A stretch of 35,928 bases of DNA from Candidatus Nanohalobium sp. Its GTDB lineage: Archaea > Nanohalarchaeota > Nanosalinia > Nanosalinales > Nanosalinaceae. The stretch's first letter is position 1. Every line of letters starts with the position of its first letter. Made by a program: the position numbers and the translations under genes. The DNA lies in NCBI GenBank assembly GCA_042216335.1, contig JBDGTY010000048.1, positions 2,811-38,738 of the forward strand, written 5' to 3'. This document shows, piece by piece, positions 9,592 through 18,755 of the stretch. A model generated the notes under the pieces. The model was not told where the DNA came from, ran no database searches, and saw nothing but the letters and a program-made list of their open reading frames with translations.

Positions 9592-10302
9592 TTAGAGTTC
9601 GACGTCCATGTCTTCGAGTTCTTCCGGTGCGAATCTCTGGAAGTTATCTTCCTGGTCGACTACGGAGAGTTCGATGTTGTTGAATTCGATGTCTTCTTCT
9701 CCCTGTTTGAGTGCGGAGACTGCGAGGTCGATAGCTGCCTGTTCATCCATGTCGTCTTCCCAGTTTTCTTCCAGGTGTTCTTTGGCATCTTCACGTCCTT
9801 TTCCGATGGCGATGGCTCTCCACTGGCTTAGTGTGCCGGAAGGATCCGTGTGGTAGACTGTTGCGTTGCCATCTTTAACTCCTCCTGCGATGGTCGAGAG
9901 TCCGTATGGTCTGACTCCTCCGTACTGGGTGAAGTGCTGGCACCTATCCGCAACAAACTTTGCTAGAACAGATGGAGGGATTTCCTCGTCGTATGTCATC
10001 ATGTGTTTCTGGGCCTCGTTCCGTGCCTCCTCGACCAGTGTTCTTCCATCGGCCACTAGACCTGAAGTGGCGACTCCTATATGTTCGTCGATCTTAAACA
10101 CTTTTTCCGGATTTCTGACCTGCAGTTCTGGAGTGCTTCTTGTGGCCGCGAGGACTGCTCCGTCCTCGTAGACTACTCCCAGTGCTGTTGCTCCTTTTTT
10201 AACCGCCTCTTTGGCGTATTCGACCTGGAAAAGCCTTCCATCGGGGGAGAAAGTAGTTATTCCACGGTCGTACTGCTGCTGTTGCTGATTAGTCATCTGC
10301 AT
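9592..10302 (-). CDS. psmA: proteasome subunit alpha
   Basis: YDRGITTFSPDGRLFQVEYA signature, SGLVADGR, GGVRPYG, DPSG. Confidence 0.97.
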   Translation of the reverse strand: MQMTNQQQQQYDRGITTFSPDGRLFQVEYAKEAVKKGATALGVVYEDGAVLAATRSTPELQVRNPEKVFKIDEHIGVATSGLVADGRTLVEEARNEAQKHMMTYDEEIPPSVLAKFVADRCQHFTQYGGVRPYGLSTIAGGVKDGNATVYHTDPSGTLSQWRAIAIGKGREDAKEHLEENWEDDMDEQAAIDLAVSALKQGEEDIEFNNIELSVVDQEDNFQRFAPEELEDMDVEL

Positions 10303-10414
10303 GTTTAATGGACACCTTTAGAATTGTATATGGAAACGTTCCATTGGAAGATTTATTAACCTGATCCGAACCCTCTCGGAAGCCTTTTTTAGGATTACAC
10401 CCAAACCTCTCAAA

Positions 10415-10472
10415 CAGGGATGAACGCAGCCCAACATAGCTGCCGACCATTGAAAGAGCCCATGCACCCTGA
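10415..10472 (+). ncRNA. candidate box C/D guide sRNA
   Basis: Box C-like GGGATGA (10417), D'-like CTGC/CCGA (10440-10446), C'-like TGAAAGA (10451), box D CTGA (10469); 58 nt; T-rich TATA-like element ~25-30 nt upstream. Confidence 0.5.
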
Positions 10473-10505
10473 ATGCGGCAAGATTGTTCGAACGAGTCTT
10501 CATTT

Positions 10506-10635
10506 GGTCCACTAGCTCAGGGGTTAGAGCACCGTCCTTATAAGGACCTCGCGTTGAAAAACATGCTGAGACAATGCCAGCGCGTTGCCTCCGTAGGTGA
10601 GGCGGCGGTCCCGGGTTCGAATCCCGGGTGGACCA
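10506..10635 (+). tRNA. tRNA-Ile(UAU) with 57-nt intron at 37/38 (10543-10599)
   Basis: Acceptor GGTCCAC/GTGGACC-A, D arm GCTC/GAGC, anticodon stem CCGTC/GGCGG, anticodon TAT at 10539-10541, T arm CCGGG-TTCGAAT-CCCGG; CTTA/TAGG central helix and TG^A bulge of a relaxed BHB. Confidence 0.9.
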
Positions 10636-10675
10636 GTGGCGTTTCTCTTTTCTGCCCTCTAGAAGATCATCTTTT

Positions 10676-11956
10676 TCAGTTCTGTCTGTGAAGATGGTAA
10701 AGGCCTAGGAATGCTGCTGTGAATATGATGTTGAGCCAGGCCTTGTAGTTCCACTCAATATTTTCCTCTACTATCTTTGCTGTTGCTGGATCTGGCAAAA
10801 AACCGGTGTTTAGGAACAGGAAGTGTACAAGCACACCTACTATTACAGCTGCGGCGAATATCATTGCTGAAAGGATCGCAGCGAACTTCTTGCCATAGTA
10901 TTCTCTGTAGGCATCCATTATCGGAGGCACGATCAAATCTGCATAGATGTACGAAAGTACAGAGCCAAACGGAAATCCTTTCGACCAGAGTACTGCTCCG
11001 AATGGAACATTCCCTACGGAACAGACGAATGTTGCTATGCCGATGACTGTGCCGACTATTGCGGACCAGAAGATGAAAGCTGGAAGTCCTAGGATCTGTC
11101 CGCCCAGCAATGAGGTCCAGACCGACTGAGGTACGAAAGCACCGATTATACCGGCCAGAACAAATCCTATGATTATGTCTTCGTAGAGCATGCCCCATTC
11201 CTTCCATTGTTTGTCGGCGAGTTTCTTCCAGCCCTTTAGACTTGTGAGGTTCTCCCAAAAACCGACATTCACATCTTTCGGATCGAAACTTTCCTTGCAG
11301 CTCTTTGAACAGAAGTAGAACTTCTCGCCGTCAATTTCCTCACTGTACTCTGTTTCCTCAGGATCTACATCCATGCCGCAGACCGGATCAGTAACCTTCT
11401 CAGCTCCAGAGCCGGCGTTCTCCCTCGCTTTCTCGATCACTTCATCAGGCACCAGGTATCGGAAACCTACAGCCATGAGGCATATCAGGGCAAGGCCCCC
11501 GATGAAGTCTGCGACTAAAAACTGCCATCCGAGTAGTATGTAGATTACAACTCCGATCTCAATAACAAGATTAGTTGAGGCAAACATGAAGGCACCAAGG
11601 CTTGAACCTGCTGAAGCACCTTTCTTAAACAGGTTTTTAGCGGTAGCAATCGCGCTGTAGGAACAGGAAGACGATACGAATCCGAAGAACGTTGCAAGGC
11701 CTAGAGATTTGAGGCCTTCATCTTCAAGTTTCTCCGATATCTTGGATTTCGGTATCCATGCCTCTACTGCTCCGGCGATGGAGAATCCAAGCACCAGTGC
11801 CCACCAAGTGATCCAGCCCATATAGATGGCGGTGTGAGCTGCATCAATACCGTTCGTGATCAAGAAGTCCATAACGGGCTTAGTGGTCGTGTAAGCCCCG
11901 GAGAGTACTGCGAGGACTGCTATCACGACAATTGTGAGGTACTCGTATCTCTCCAT
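10676..11956 (-). CDS. putative metal permease (DUF318/ArsP-like) with internal YHS domain
   Basis: Multiple TM helices, SSCSY and FVCSVGNVP motifs, DPVCGM...FYFCSKSC. Confidence 0.85.
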   Translation of the reverse strand: MERYEYLTIVVIAVLAVLSGAYTTTKPVMDFLITNGIDAAHTAIYMGWITWWALVLGFSIAGAVEAWIPKSKISEKLEDEGLKSLGLATFFGFVSSSCSYSAIATAKNLFKKGASAGSSLGAFMFASTNLVIEIGVVIYILLGWQFLVADFIGGLALICLMAVGFRYLVPDEVIEKARENAGSGAEKVTDPVCGMDVDPEETEYSEEIDGEKFYFCSKSCKESFDPKDVNVGFWENLTSLKGWKKLADKQWKEWGMLYEDIIIGFVLAGIIGAFVPQSVWTSLLGGQILGLPAFIFWSAIVGTVIGIATFVCSVGNVPFGAVLWSKGFPFGSVLSYIYADLIVPPIMDAYREYYGKKFAAILSAMIFAAAVIVGVLVHFLFLNTGFLPDPATAKIVEENIEWNYKAWLNIIFTAAFLGLYHLHRQN

Positions 11957-12102
11957 ATAGTTGTCTTGATGCAGTACTGGTTTAAAATTTCCTTACCTTG
12001 CTGCTCTCTTTGTCCTCTGCTATAGCTTATTTTCCCTTTCCTCGGTGTGTTTTCCCTGTGGGAGGAGGCAGTAATTTATCTCTTTACCTGGCTGTAAAAG
12101 TT

Positions 12103-14238
12103 ATGGTGAATGGGTTCAGGGTCCTTCATGTCGACGATGAGGAAAGCTTTCTGGACCTGGCAGGGAGCCGGTTCGAGGAATCGGAGTTAGAGCTTGTATC
12201 TTGTAAGGATCCAAAGGATGCCCTCAAAATTCTTGAAGACAGTGATTTTGATCTTGTGCTCAGTGACTACAGGATGCCGGAGAGGGATGGCCTCGAGTTC
12301 CTGGACAGGATTCGGGAGTTTTCCAGTGTTCCTTTCGTGCTTCTGACATGCCAGAACAGTGAGGAACTGGTGGAAGAGGCGTTTTCCCGGGGTGTCGATG
12401 ATTTCATAAGTAAGAAGGAGTTCTGTGAGAGGACGGAGGTGGTGAGGAAGAGGATCGAAAACATGGTGGAGAGAAGAACCGAGTTGCAGGAACTGGAATC
12501 TGAGCGCGACCTGTACTCTACTCTGGTGGAGGAGGCTGTGAACGGTGTCTACATATACCGGGATGAGAGGATCGTCTACACGAACAAGAGAGGTGCCGAT
12601 ATGCTTGGGCTGGATAGGGAAGAGGTTGTCGGCAGGGGTTTCCGCGAGTTCCTTACAGAGGAGTACAGGGACGAGGTGACGGAGAGACACTGGAAGAGGA
12701 TCCGCGGTGAGGATGTGGAACAGAGGACGGTCATCGACAGGAAGGATGCGGATGGGAATGTTACTCCTATCGAACTCAACCTTTCCAGGATCGAATACGG
12801 AGGTGAGCCAGCTGTGATGTCCGTCGCAAGGGATATCTCCGAGCAGAAGCAGAGGGAGCAGAAGATCCTATCCATGAATGAGGCAGCCCAGGAACTTATT
12901 GACGCCGATACCCGGGAGGAACTGACGGAGAAAGCGTTCGACTGGGTCAAGCAGCTCTTCGGGGTCGACGACATAGGCTTCAGATCCCGGAGGCTGGGCT
13001 TCATAGGAGAAAAACAGCCGGGCTACGAACAGGCGCTTGAAAGAGCAGAGGAGAAGCAGGAGACGGCGTACATCCCGGCAGATGAACTGGATGAAGTCGA
13101 CTCCGGCCACGTGTTCGCCTTGCCCGTCGGTAGCTACGGCATCGCTGTCGGCAGAACCGGTAGCTCAGAGATTCCGGACGTTAAGAAACGGCTGGCCGAG
13201 CTTTTCTCATCTACTGTTGAGGCAGCAATCGACAACCTCGCATACCAGAACGAGCTGAAGAGGGAGCGCGACCGTTTCGCATCACTCTTCGAGAACATGC
13301 CGGATCCTGCTGTCAAAGCCAGGTACTCGGGCGGGGAGCCACTGGTTGACAGGATAAACCCTGCATTTGAAGAAGTATTCGGATACACTCAGGAAGAACT
13401 GGAGGGTAGATCACTCAATAAAACCATAGTCCCCGAGCACAGGAAACCACTGGCCGAAAAAGTGGATACTGACTACCAGGAACTGGATGTTATGACACAG
13501 GAAGTCAGGAGGAAAGCGGATGACGGGATAAGAGACTTCCTGCTTACTGTCTTCCCCGCCAATAAACGATACGACAAGAGGGAATCCTACGGCATCTACA
13601 CAGATATAACCGAGAGGAAGAAACATCAGCGAGAGATAAAGAGGCAGAAAGAACAGTTAGAAAAGTTCTCCGAGGTCCTATCCCACGAACTCCGTAACCC
13701 TCTGAACATAGCTAAAGGCTACCTTGACATGATGGAGGGAGACATGGAGAAAGATGAAGTGGAAGAGGCGCTTTCACGGATGGAACACATCATCCAGGAC
13801 GTCGTCGACATGGTCAAACACGGACAGAGCGTTGAAGAAAAACAGGAACTCGCTCTCAGTGAACTGGCAAAGGAAACATGGGAGCTGATAGAGACAGGAA
13901 ATTCCGGACTGGAAATAAAGCAGGATAGAAAAATCTACGGAGACAGATCCCGGCTGGAACAGGCCCTCAGCAACCTATTCAGGAACAGTATACAGCACAA
14001 CGAAGAACCCGTGACAGTCACCGTGGGCGAAACTGAAGACGGGTTCTACATAGAAGACGATGGAAAAGGTGTAGATGAAGAGAAGAAACTTGAGATCTTC
14101 GACTACGGCAGCTCCTTCGACCAAAGCACCGGCCTCGGCCTTTCCATCGTCAAAAGCATCGTGGAGACCCATGACTGGGAGATAGAACTGCAGGAATCAA
14201 GCGATGGAGGGACCAGGTTCGAGATAACCACAGAGTAG
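12103..14238 (+). CDS. hybrid sensor histidine kinase REC-PAS-GAF-like-PAS-HisKA-HATPase
   Basis: VLHVDDE, SDYRMP..DG receiver; two PAS/PAC; SHELRNPL H-box; NLFRNS, EDDGKG, GLGL. Confidence 0.92.
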   Translation: MVNGFRVLHVDDEESFLDLAGSRFEESELELVSCKDPKDALKILEDSDFDLVLSDYRMPERDGLEFLDRIREFSSVPFVLLTCQNSEELVEEAFSRGVDDFISKKEFCERTEVVRKRIENMVERRTELQELESERDLYSTLVEEAVNGVYIYRDERIVYTNKRGADMLGLDREEVVGRGFREFLTEEYRDEVTERHWKRIRGEDVEQRTVIDRKDADGNVTPIELNLSRIEYGGEPAVMSVARDISEQKQREQKILSMNEAAQELIDADTREELTEKAFDWVKQLFGVDDIGFRSRRLGFIGEKQPGYEQALERAEEKQETAYIPADELDEVDSGHVFALPVGSYGIAVGRTGSSEIPDVKKRLAELFSSTVEAAIDNLAYQNELKRERDRFASLFENMPDPAVKARYSGGEPLVDRINPAFEEVFGYTQEELEGRSLNKTIVPEHRKPLAEKVDTDYQELDVMTQEVRRKADDGIRDFLLTVFPANKRYDKRESYGIYTDITERKKHQREIKRQKEQLEKFSEVLSHELRNPLNIAKGYLDMMEGDMEKDEVEEALSRMEHIIQDVVDMVKHGQSVEEKQELALSELAKETWELIETGNSGLEIKQDRKIYGDRSRLEQALSNLFRNSIQHNEEPVTVTVGETEDGFYIEDDGKGVDEEKKLEIFDYGSSFDQSTGLGLSIVKSIVETHDWEIELQESSDGGTRFEITTE

Positions 14239-14271
14239 AAAATATAAAGACCGGGAATAAGTGAAGCATCC

Positions 14272-14898
14272 ATGAGCCTGAAAATACTTGTAACAAGCGA
14301 CTTTCACGAAAAAGAAGATCTGAAACAGGCAGCGATCAAAGAGGCCAACGAGGGAGGCTACGACCTGTTCATCAACCTCGGGGACTACATGAGCGAGGAG
14401 TATGCAGAACAACTCTTCGAAGGCATCGACGGAGCCGCAGTAGGAACTACAGGAAACAGGGACATGATGTTCTCCGAGGAATTCCTGAACGGCGAAGTAC
14501 CTGTCTATAACTTTTTAGAGGCGGATATCGACGACGAGTACAAACTGATTCTCATCGGCGGAGATTTCCCTGAAGACGTCAAGGAACGGGTGGAAGACCT
14601 GATAGAGGATTACGACAGCGACAAGGTCATCATCGGTTCGCATTACCCGCCTCATAAGCTAGGCGACAAGGTACGCGGAGGCAAAAGGATAGGCTTCGAA
14701 CAGTTCAGAGAAATAATTTTGAAGCATAAGCCGGCTCTCTGGGTTAATGGCCACGTACACGAGGACTTCGGCCAGAACTCCCTCATGGGAACAACCGTGT
14801 TGAACGCCGCAGCAGAGGAATCTGGCAAAGCATTCTCAGTCACGATAGGAGACGAAGGCGGAGTCGAGGAAGTAGAAGAAGTCGAACTAGTGGAATAA
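14272..14898 (+). CDS. calcineurin-like metallophosphoesterase
   Basis: SDFH, GD, GNRD, SHYPP, GHVHE. Confidence 0.88.
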   Translation: MSLKILVTSDFHEKEDLKQAAIKEANEGGYDLFINLGDYMSEEYAEQLFEGIDGAAVGTTGNRDMMFSEEFLNGEVPVYNFLEADIDDEYKLILIGGDFPEDVKERVEDLIEDYDSDKVIIGSHYPPHKLGDKVRGGKRIGFEQFREIILKHKPALWVNGHVHEDFGQNSLMGTTVLNAAAEESGKAFSVTIGDEGGVEEVEEVELVE

Positions 14899-14948
14899 GG
14901 TTTCGACTTTCGTAACGATTTTTAACTTTCTGCAGACTATTCTTCATT

Positions 14949-15353
14949 ATGGACGAGAAAGACAGGGAAATTCTGGAAATTCTCAGGGAAGACGGCAGAG
15001 CATCCTACACAGAGATTGCCGAACAACTGGATGTTTCCGAGGGAACTGTAAGGAACCGTGTAGAAAACATGAAAGAAGACGGAACTATCGAGAAGTTCAC
15101 GGTAGAGACCTCAAACAACGACATCTCCGCAGTGGTGCTGACAAAACTTGAAACCTCGCAAGATCCAGAGAAGGTTATCGAGCAACTGCCGGAAGGCCTC
15201 AAGGTCCACGAGGTGACAGGGGAACACGACCTGGTCATAAACCTGGATAGAGAGGAAACAGAACAGATAAACGACGCCATCGACGAGATAAGAAAGATAG
15301 AAGGAGTAAGGGAAACTGTGACGAAGTCAGTCCTGAGGGAGACAGAAACCTAG
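14949..15353 (+). CDS. Lrp/AsnC family transcriptional regulator
   Basis: MDEKDREILEILREDGRASYTEIA..L.VSEGTV..RV HTH; VTGEHD RAM domain. Confidence 0.93.
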   Translation: MDEKDREILEILREDGRASYTEIAEQLDVSEGTVRNRVENMKEDGTIEKFTVETSNNDISAVVLTKLETSQDPEKVIEQLPEGLKVHEVTGEHDLVINLDREETEQINDAIDEIRKIEGVRETVTKSVLRETET

Positions 15354-15733
15354 TAAATCCTCTCCAGTTCGGCCTCGCTCAGATATTCGAAGATTTTTTC
15401 TTTTTCATCAAGTTCCGAATCCACGTCGATTTCGGCAGTATAAACTGCGCCTTCAGCCCCCTGAACTGTGGCACGTATCCTGTAGCCGCCTTCAACAGTT
15501 TCCGTGACATCGGCCTCGAACTCTAGATCTTCTAATGTATCTCCTCGAGGCATCTCTCCACTGGCAGCGTACCTCTGACGGCCGAGACCGTGTCCGACTC
15601 TTCCATTCTCCTCAATTTGGTCGAAAATTGCTGTCAGCGAATCCGGAACGACTACTTCTTCATCCTCGTAATCCAGCCGCTCCTCTGCGCCATCGTGGGA
15701 AACCCAGCCATCAGTTCCAGAACTCGTTGCCAT
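15350..15733 (-). CDS. hypothetical protein
   Basis: Acidic ORF convergent with Lrp gene. Confidence 0.6.
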   Translation of the reverse strand: MATSSGTDGWVSHDGAEERLDYEDEEVVVPDSLTAIFDQIEENGRVGHGLGRQRYAASGEMPRGDTLEDLEFEADVTETVEGGYRIRATVQGAEGAVYTAEIDVDSELDEKEKIFEYLSEAELERIY

Positions 15734-15851
15734 AACCACTTATTTTTCAGAAAAACTTAAGTATAGTTACGTAAATCAAAACTTATGTTGAAATAACTGC
15801 AGCTTTGCAAAGGTTATTTAAGGTTTTCGTGAAAACATCCTCTTGCAATGA

Positions 15852-16913
15852 TTGGTGAACGCTTTAAGTTCGGACGCTTATTCGAATAACGTTCAAAATC
15901 TTGACAGCTGTAACTACATCAACTCGAGGAATATCGGCCAAATTCTTAGGGGTTCTTCGATTCTTTCTGGTGGTGGAGGCGGAAGCTATAGAGAGTCCTT
16001 AGAGAACTACAGGTCGAGCTCTTCCGATGAAGTAGAAGTCAGAGACTTGGATGATTTCTCTGAAAACGACACTATAGTTACTGTATTTGGTCTGGGCCCG
16101 GTCGACCATGAAACAGAGGATCCGCTCTCAGTTGCACAGCAATCTGTTGAAATGTACGAATCAGAGTACGGCGAGATAGAAGGCATAATCTTGGGCGAGC
16201 TAGGACCTGATCTGATAGTTGAGGCAGTAGCCATCGCCGATAGATTAGATGTCCCGATCGCTGACGCAGATGTAGCAGGTATGAGAGCAGTACCCTCGAT
16301 ACAGAACGAGATAATAGAGGGCGCGGAAGTATCGAGAACTCCTCTAGTAGCCACAGATGGAGAGGATTCTGCATACATAGAAGAGGGAACAGGCCAGGAG
16401 ATTGAACGGGCAGTAAGAGAACTGACAGACAGTGATATCTGGTACATCACAGGATATGCAAACCCGGCAGCGGGATACTCAGGCTCGGTTCCTCAAGGAT
16501 GGTTCGACGAATGCATTGATCCCGATGGTTCTCAGCGAGAGGTACTTGGTTCAGGTACTCTGGAGTCCGTTGAATCTGAAGAAGTAGATGGCCACACCGT
16601 CGGTAGGATGCTTATCAGAGGAGAAGAAACCATAGAACTCTACTTCCAGAACGAGAACCTTCTTGCGTACATAGATGGTGAAGAGGCAGCAAGAGCACCA
16701 GACACCATCTCGGCTGTAGACAGTAATGGAGTAGGCATAAACAACGGGGACCTGCCTGAAGAAGGAGAACAGCTCGAAGTCCACAGGATAAGCCACGATT
16801 TCTGGCAGGATGCCAGCTGCTTCAATCTGGAAACTCAGCGGATTAGTGCGGATGAAGACACCGTTAACTTTCAGGAAAATACAGAGTTCGATATTACAGG
16901 TGACAACCAATGA
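15852..16913 (+). CDS. DUF917 family protein (start uncertain)
   Basis: G..ILSGGGGG, ELG, DADVAGMRAVP, FQNENL, APDTI motifs. Confidence 0.8.
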   Translation: MVNALSSDAYSNNVQNLDSCNYINSRNIGQILRGSSILSGGGGGSYRESLENYRSSSSDEVEVRDLDDFSENDTIVTVFGLGPVDHETEDPLSVAQQSVEMYESEYGEIEGIILGELGPDLIVEAVAIADRLDVPIADADVAGMRAVPSIQNEIIEGAEVSRTPLVATDGEDSAYIEEGTGQEIERAVRELTDSDIWYITGYANPAAGYSGSVPQGWFDECIDPDGSQREVLGSGTLESVESEEVDGHTVGRMLIRGEETIELYFQNENLLAYIDGEEAARAPDTISAVDSNGVGINNGDLPEEGEQLEVHRISHDFWQDASCFNLETQRISADEDTVNFQENTEFDITGDNQ

Positions 16914-18349
16914 CAGACGAACGACAAGAACGACTTGAACAACTGCAAAACCTGAGAGAGAACAACGAAGCCTACAGCTACAACTTCGACCGGAGCCACA
17001 CGGTAGAGGAGCTCCAGGAGTTCGGTGAAGGAGAGGAAGGTCTTCCTGAAGAATCCTTTTCGACTGCTGGCAGAGTCATAGAGATCAGAAACTTCGGTGA
17101 ACTTGTCTTCATGGATCTACGAGGTGAGAGAGATGATATCCAGGTGATAGTCCGTGAGGATGAGGAGCTTCTTGAGGAAGTCGAGGATCTTTACCGTGGC
17201 GATATCATCGGGGTTGAAGGCTATCTGACCTATACTGATAAAGGAGAGTTCTCTCTTCACTCCGAATATCTGGAAGTGCTTTCCCGCGGTGTCCGGCACA
17301 TCCCTGGCGAACACTTCGGCGTTGAGGATCAGGAGCTTCGGTACAGGAACAGGCCTCTGCACCTGACAGTTGACATGGATGCGAGAGAGACTTTGCGGAT
17401 GCGTTCGGAGATCGTCCGCGAGATCAGGAACTTCCTGCATGAAAGAGAGTTTATGGAGGTTGAGACTCCGACACTTCAACCGGTCTACGGCGGCGCGTCA
17501 GCAGAGCCGTTTACTACCCATGTCAACGAGCTGGACCAGGAATGGTACCTGAACATCTCGCCCGAACTCTACCTCAAGAGATTGATCATCGGAGGCTACG
17601 AGAGGATCTTCGAGATCACGAAGAACTTCCGGAATGAGTCAATCGACACCACGCACAACCCGGAGTTCACGATGATGGAGATCTACCAGGCCTACGCCGA
17701 CTATGAGGATATGATGGAGCTGACCGAACAGCTCTACGAACACGTCGCAGTAGAAGTCACAGGCTCGACAGAGGTAGAGTACCAGGAAGAGGCTCTGGAC
17801 TTCTCCGCCCCATGGAGAAGACTGACGATGAGAGAAGCCATCCAGGAATACGGCGGCTTCAATGTCGATGAACTGAGTGATGAAGAACTCCAGGAAAGGA
17901 TGGAAGAATACGGAGCCGAACTTGACTCTGATTACGAGAGAGGACTGGCGATAGCGGAACTCTTCGAAGAAGTCGCCGAGGAAGAACTGGTTCAACCGGT
18001 TCACATCATCGATTATCCCGAGGAAACCACGCCGCTCTGCATGCAGCACAGGGAAGAAGATGGATTGATCGAAAGGTTTGAGTCATTCGCCATGGGAATT
18101 GAACTGGGCAACGCCTACACTGAGCTCCGAGACCCGATCCGACAGAGAAACCTGTTTGAGGAAGAACAGCGTAGACAGGAAGAAGGCGACGACGAAGCAC
18201 ACCCGATCGACATGGACTTTGTAGAGGCACTGGAACTCGGTATGCCTCCGACGGGCGGACTCGGGATCGGCATAGGAAGAATGGTCATGCTACTGACCGA
18301 CAACCAGTCCATCAGGGATGTCACGCTCTTCCCGATGATGAAGGAGTAA
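16910..18349 (+). CDS. lysS: lysine--tRNA ligase, class II
   Basis: OB-fold AGRV..FG..VFMDL, FMEVETP, SPELYLKRLIIGG, FRNE..D.THNPEFT, ELGNAYTEL, GMPPTGGLGIG. Confidence 0.95.
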   Translation: MTDERQERLEQLQNLRENNEAYSYNFDRSHTVEELQEFGEGEEGLPEESFSTAGRVIEIRNFGELVFMDLRGERDDIQVIVREDEELLEEVEDLYRGDIIGVEGYLTYTDKGEFSLHSEYLEVLSRGVRHIPGEHFGVEDQELRYRNRPLHLTVDMDARETLRMRSEIVREIRNFLHEREFMEVETPTLQPVYGGASAEPFTTHVNELDQEWYLNISPELYLKRLIIGGYERIFEITKNFRNESIDTTHNPEFTMMEIYQAYADYEDMMELTEQLYEHVAVEVTGSTEVEYQEEALDFSAPWRRLTMREAIQEYGGFNVDELSDEELQERMEEYGAELDSDYERGLAIAELFEEVAEEELVQPVHIIDYPEETTPLCMQHREEDGLIERFESFAMGIELGNAYTELRDPIRQRNLFEEEQRRQEEGDDEAHPIDMDFVEALELGMPPTGGLGIGIGRMVMLLTDNQSIRDVTLFPMMKE

Positions 18350-18381
18350 GAAACTTATTCATTCACTCTTCTTTCTTTCAC

Positions 18382-18750
18382 GTGTCAAAAGAGGAAAACT
18401 TCCTGGAACATAACTTCCATGACTCCTACCTGAAAGGAGTGGAAAGAGAGGACAACAAGACAACTCTAATCATCGACACCGACATCTACTGGTTCCCGGT
18501 AAAACCGTTTACACTCCTGACACTGGTCAACGCGGACAAAGTTACTGGGATAAAGGAGCTTGTTGGGGGCCAAAAACACAGCTCCGAGAGCATCAAAGAG
18601 GCAAAGATAACACGTTCAGGAAAAGACGAGAAAAACTTCAAACTGGAAATAAGCTTCCACTCTGGCAAAGAACTCGACGTACAGTTCTACAACTTCTGGA
18701 CGGAAAGAAAGGAAAAGTACAAGGATTATACGAATGCAGCCTTCAGATAG
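18382..18750 (+). CDS. hypothetical protein (N-terminal FHDS motif)
   Basis: 122-aa ORF with GTG start in operon orientation. Confidence 0.65.
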   Translation: MSKEENFLEHNFHDSYLKGVEREDNKTTLIIDTDIYWFPVKPFTLLTLVNADKVTGIKELVGGQKHSSESIKEAKITRSGKDEKNFKLEISFHSGKELDVQFYNFWTERKEKYKDYTNAAFR

Positions 18751-18755
18751 TAGAT

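Noticed and set aside
10273-10287. CAG/CAA run in psmA
   Set aside because: Short poly-Gln at the N-terminus, not a functional repeat
10543-10599. Box C/D guide inside the tRNA-Ile intron (as in haloarchaeal tRNA-Trp)
   Set aside because: Only one CTGA and no convincing box C or second box pair
10318-10691. ORFs 10318-10512 and 10473-10691
   Set aside because: Overlap the tRNA and promoter region; composition not acidic
16910-18349. EpmA/GenX or PylRS instead of LysRS2
   Set aside because: Has the N-terminal OB anticodon-binding domain and LysRS-specific motifs; no pyl genes or tRNA-Pyl seen
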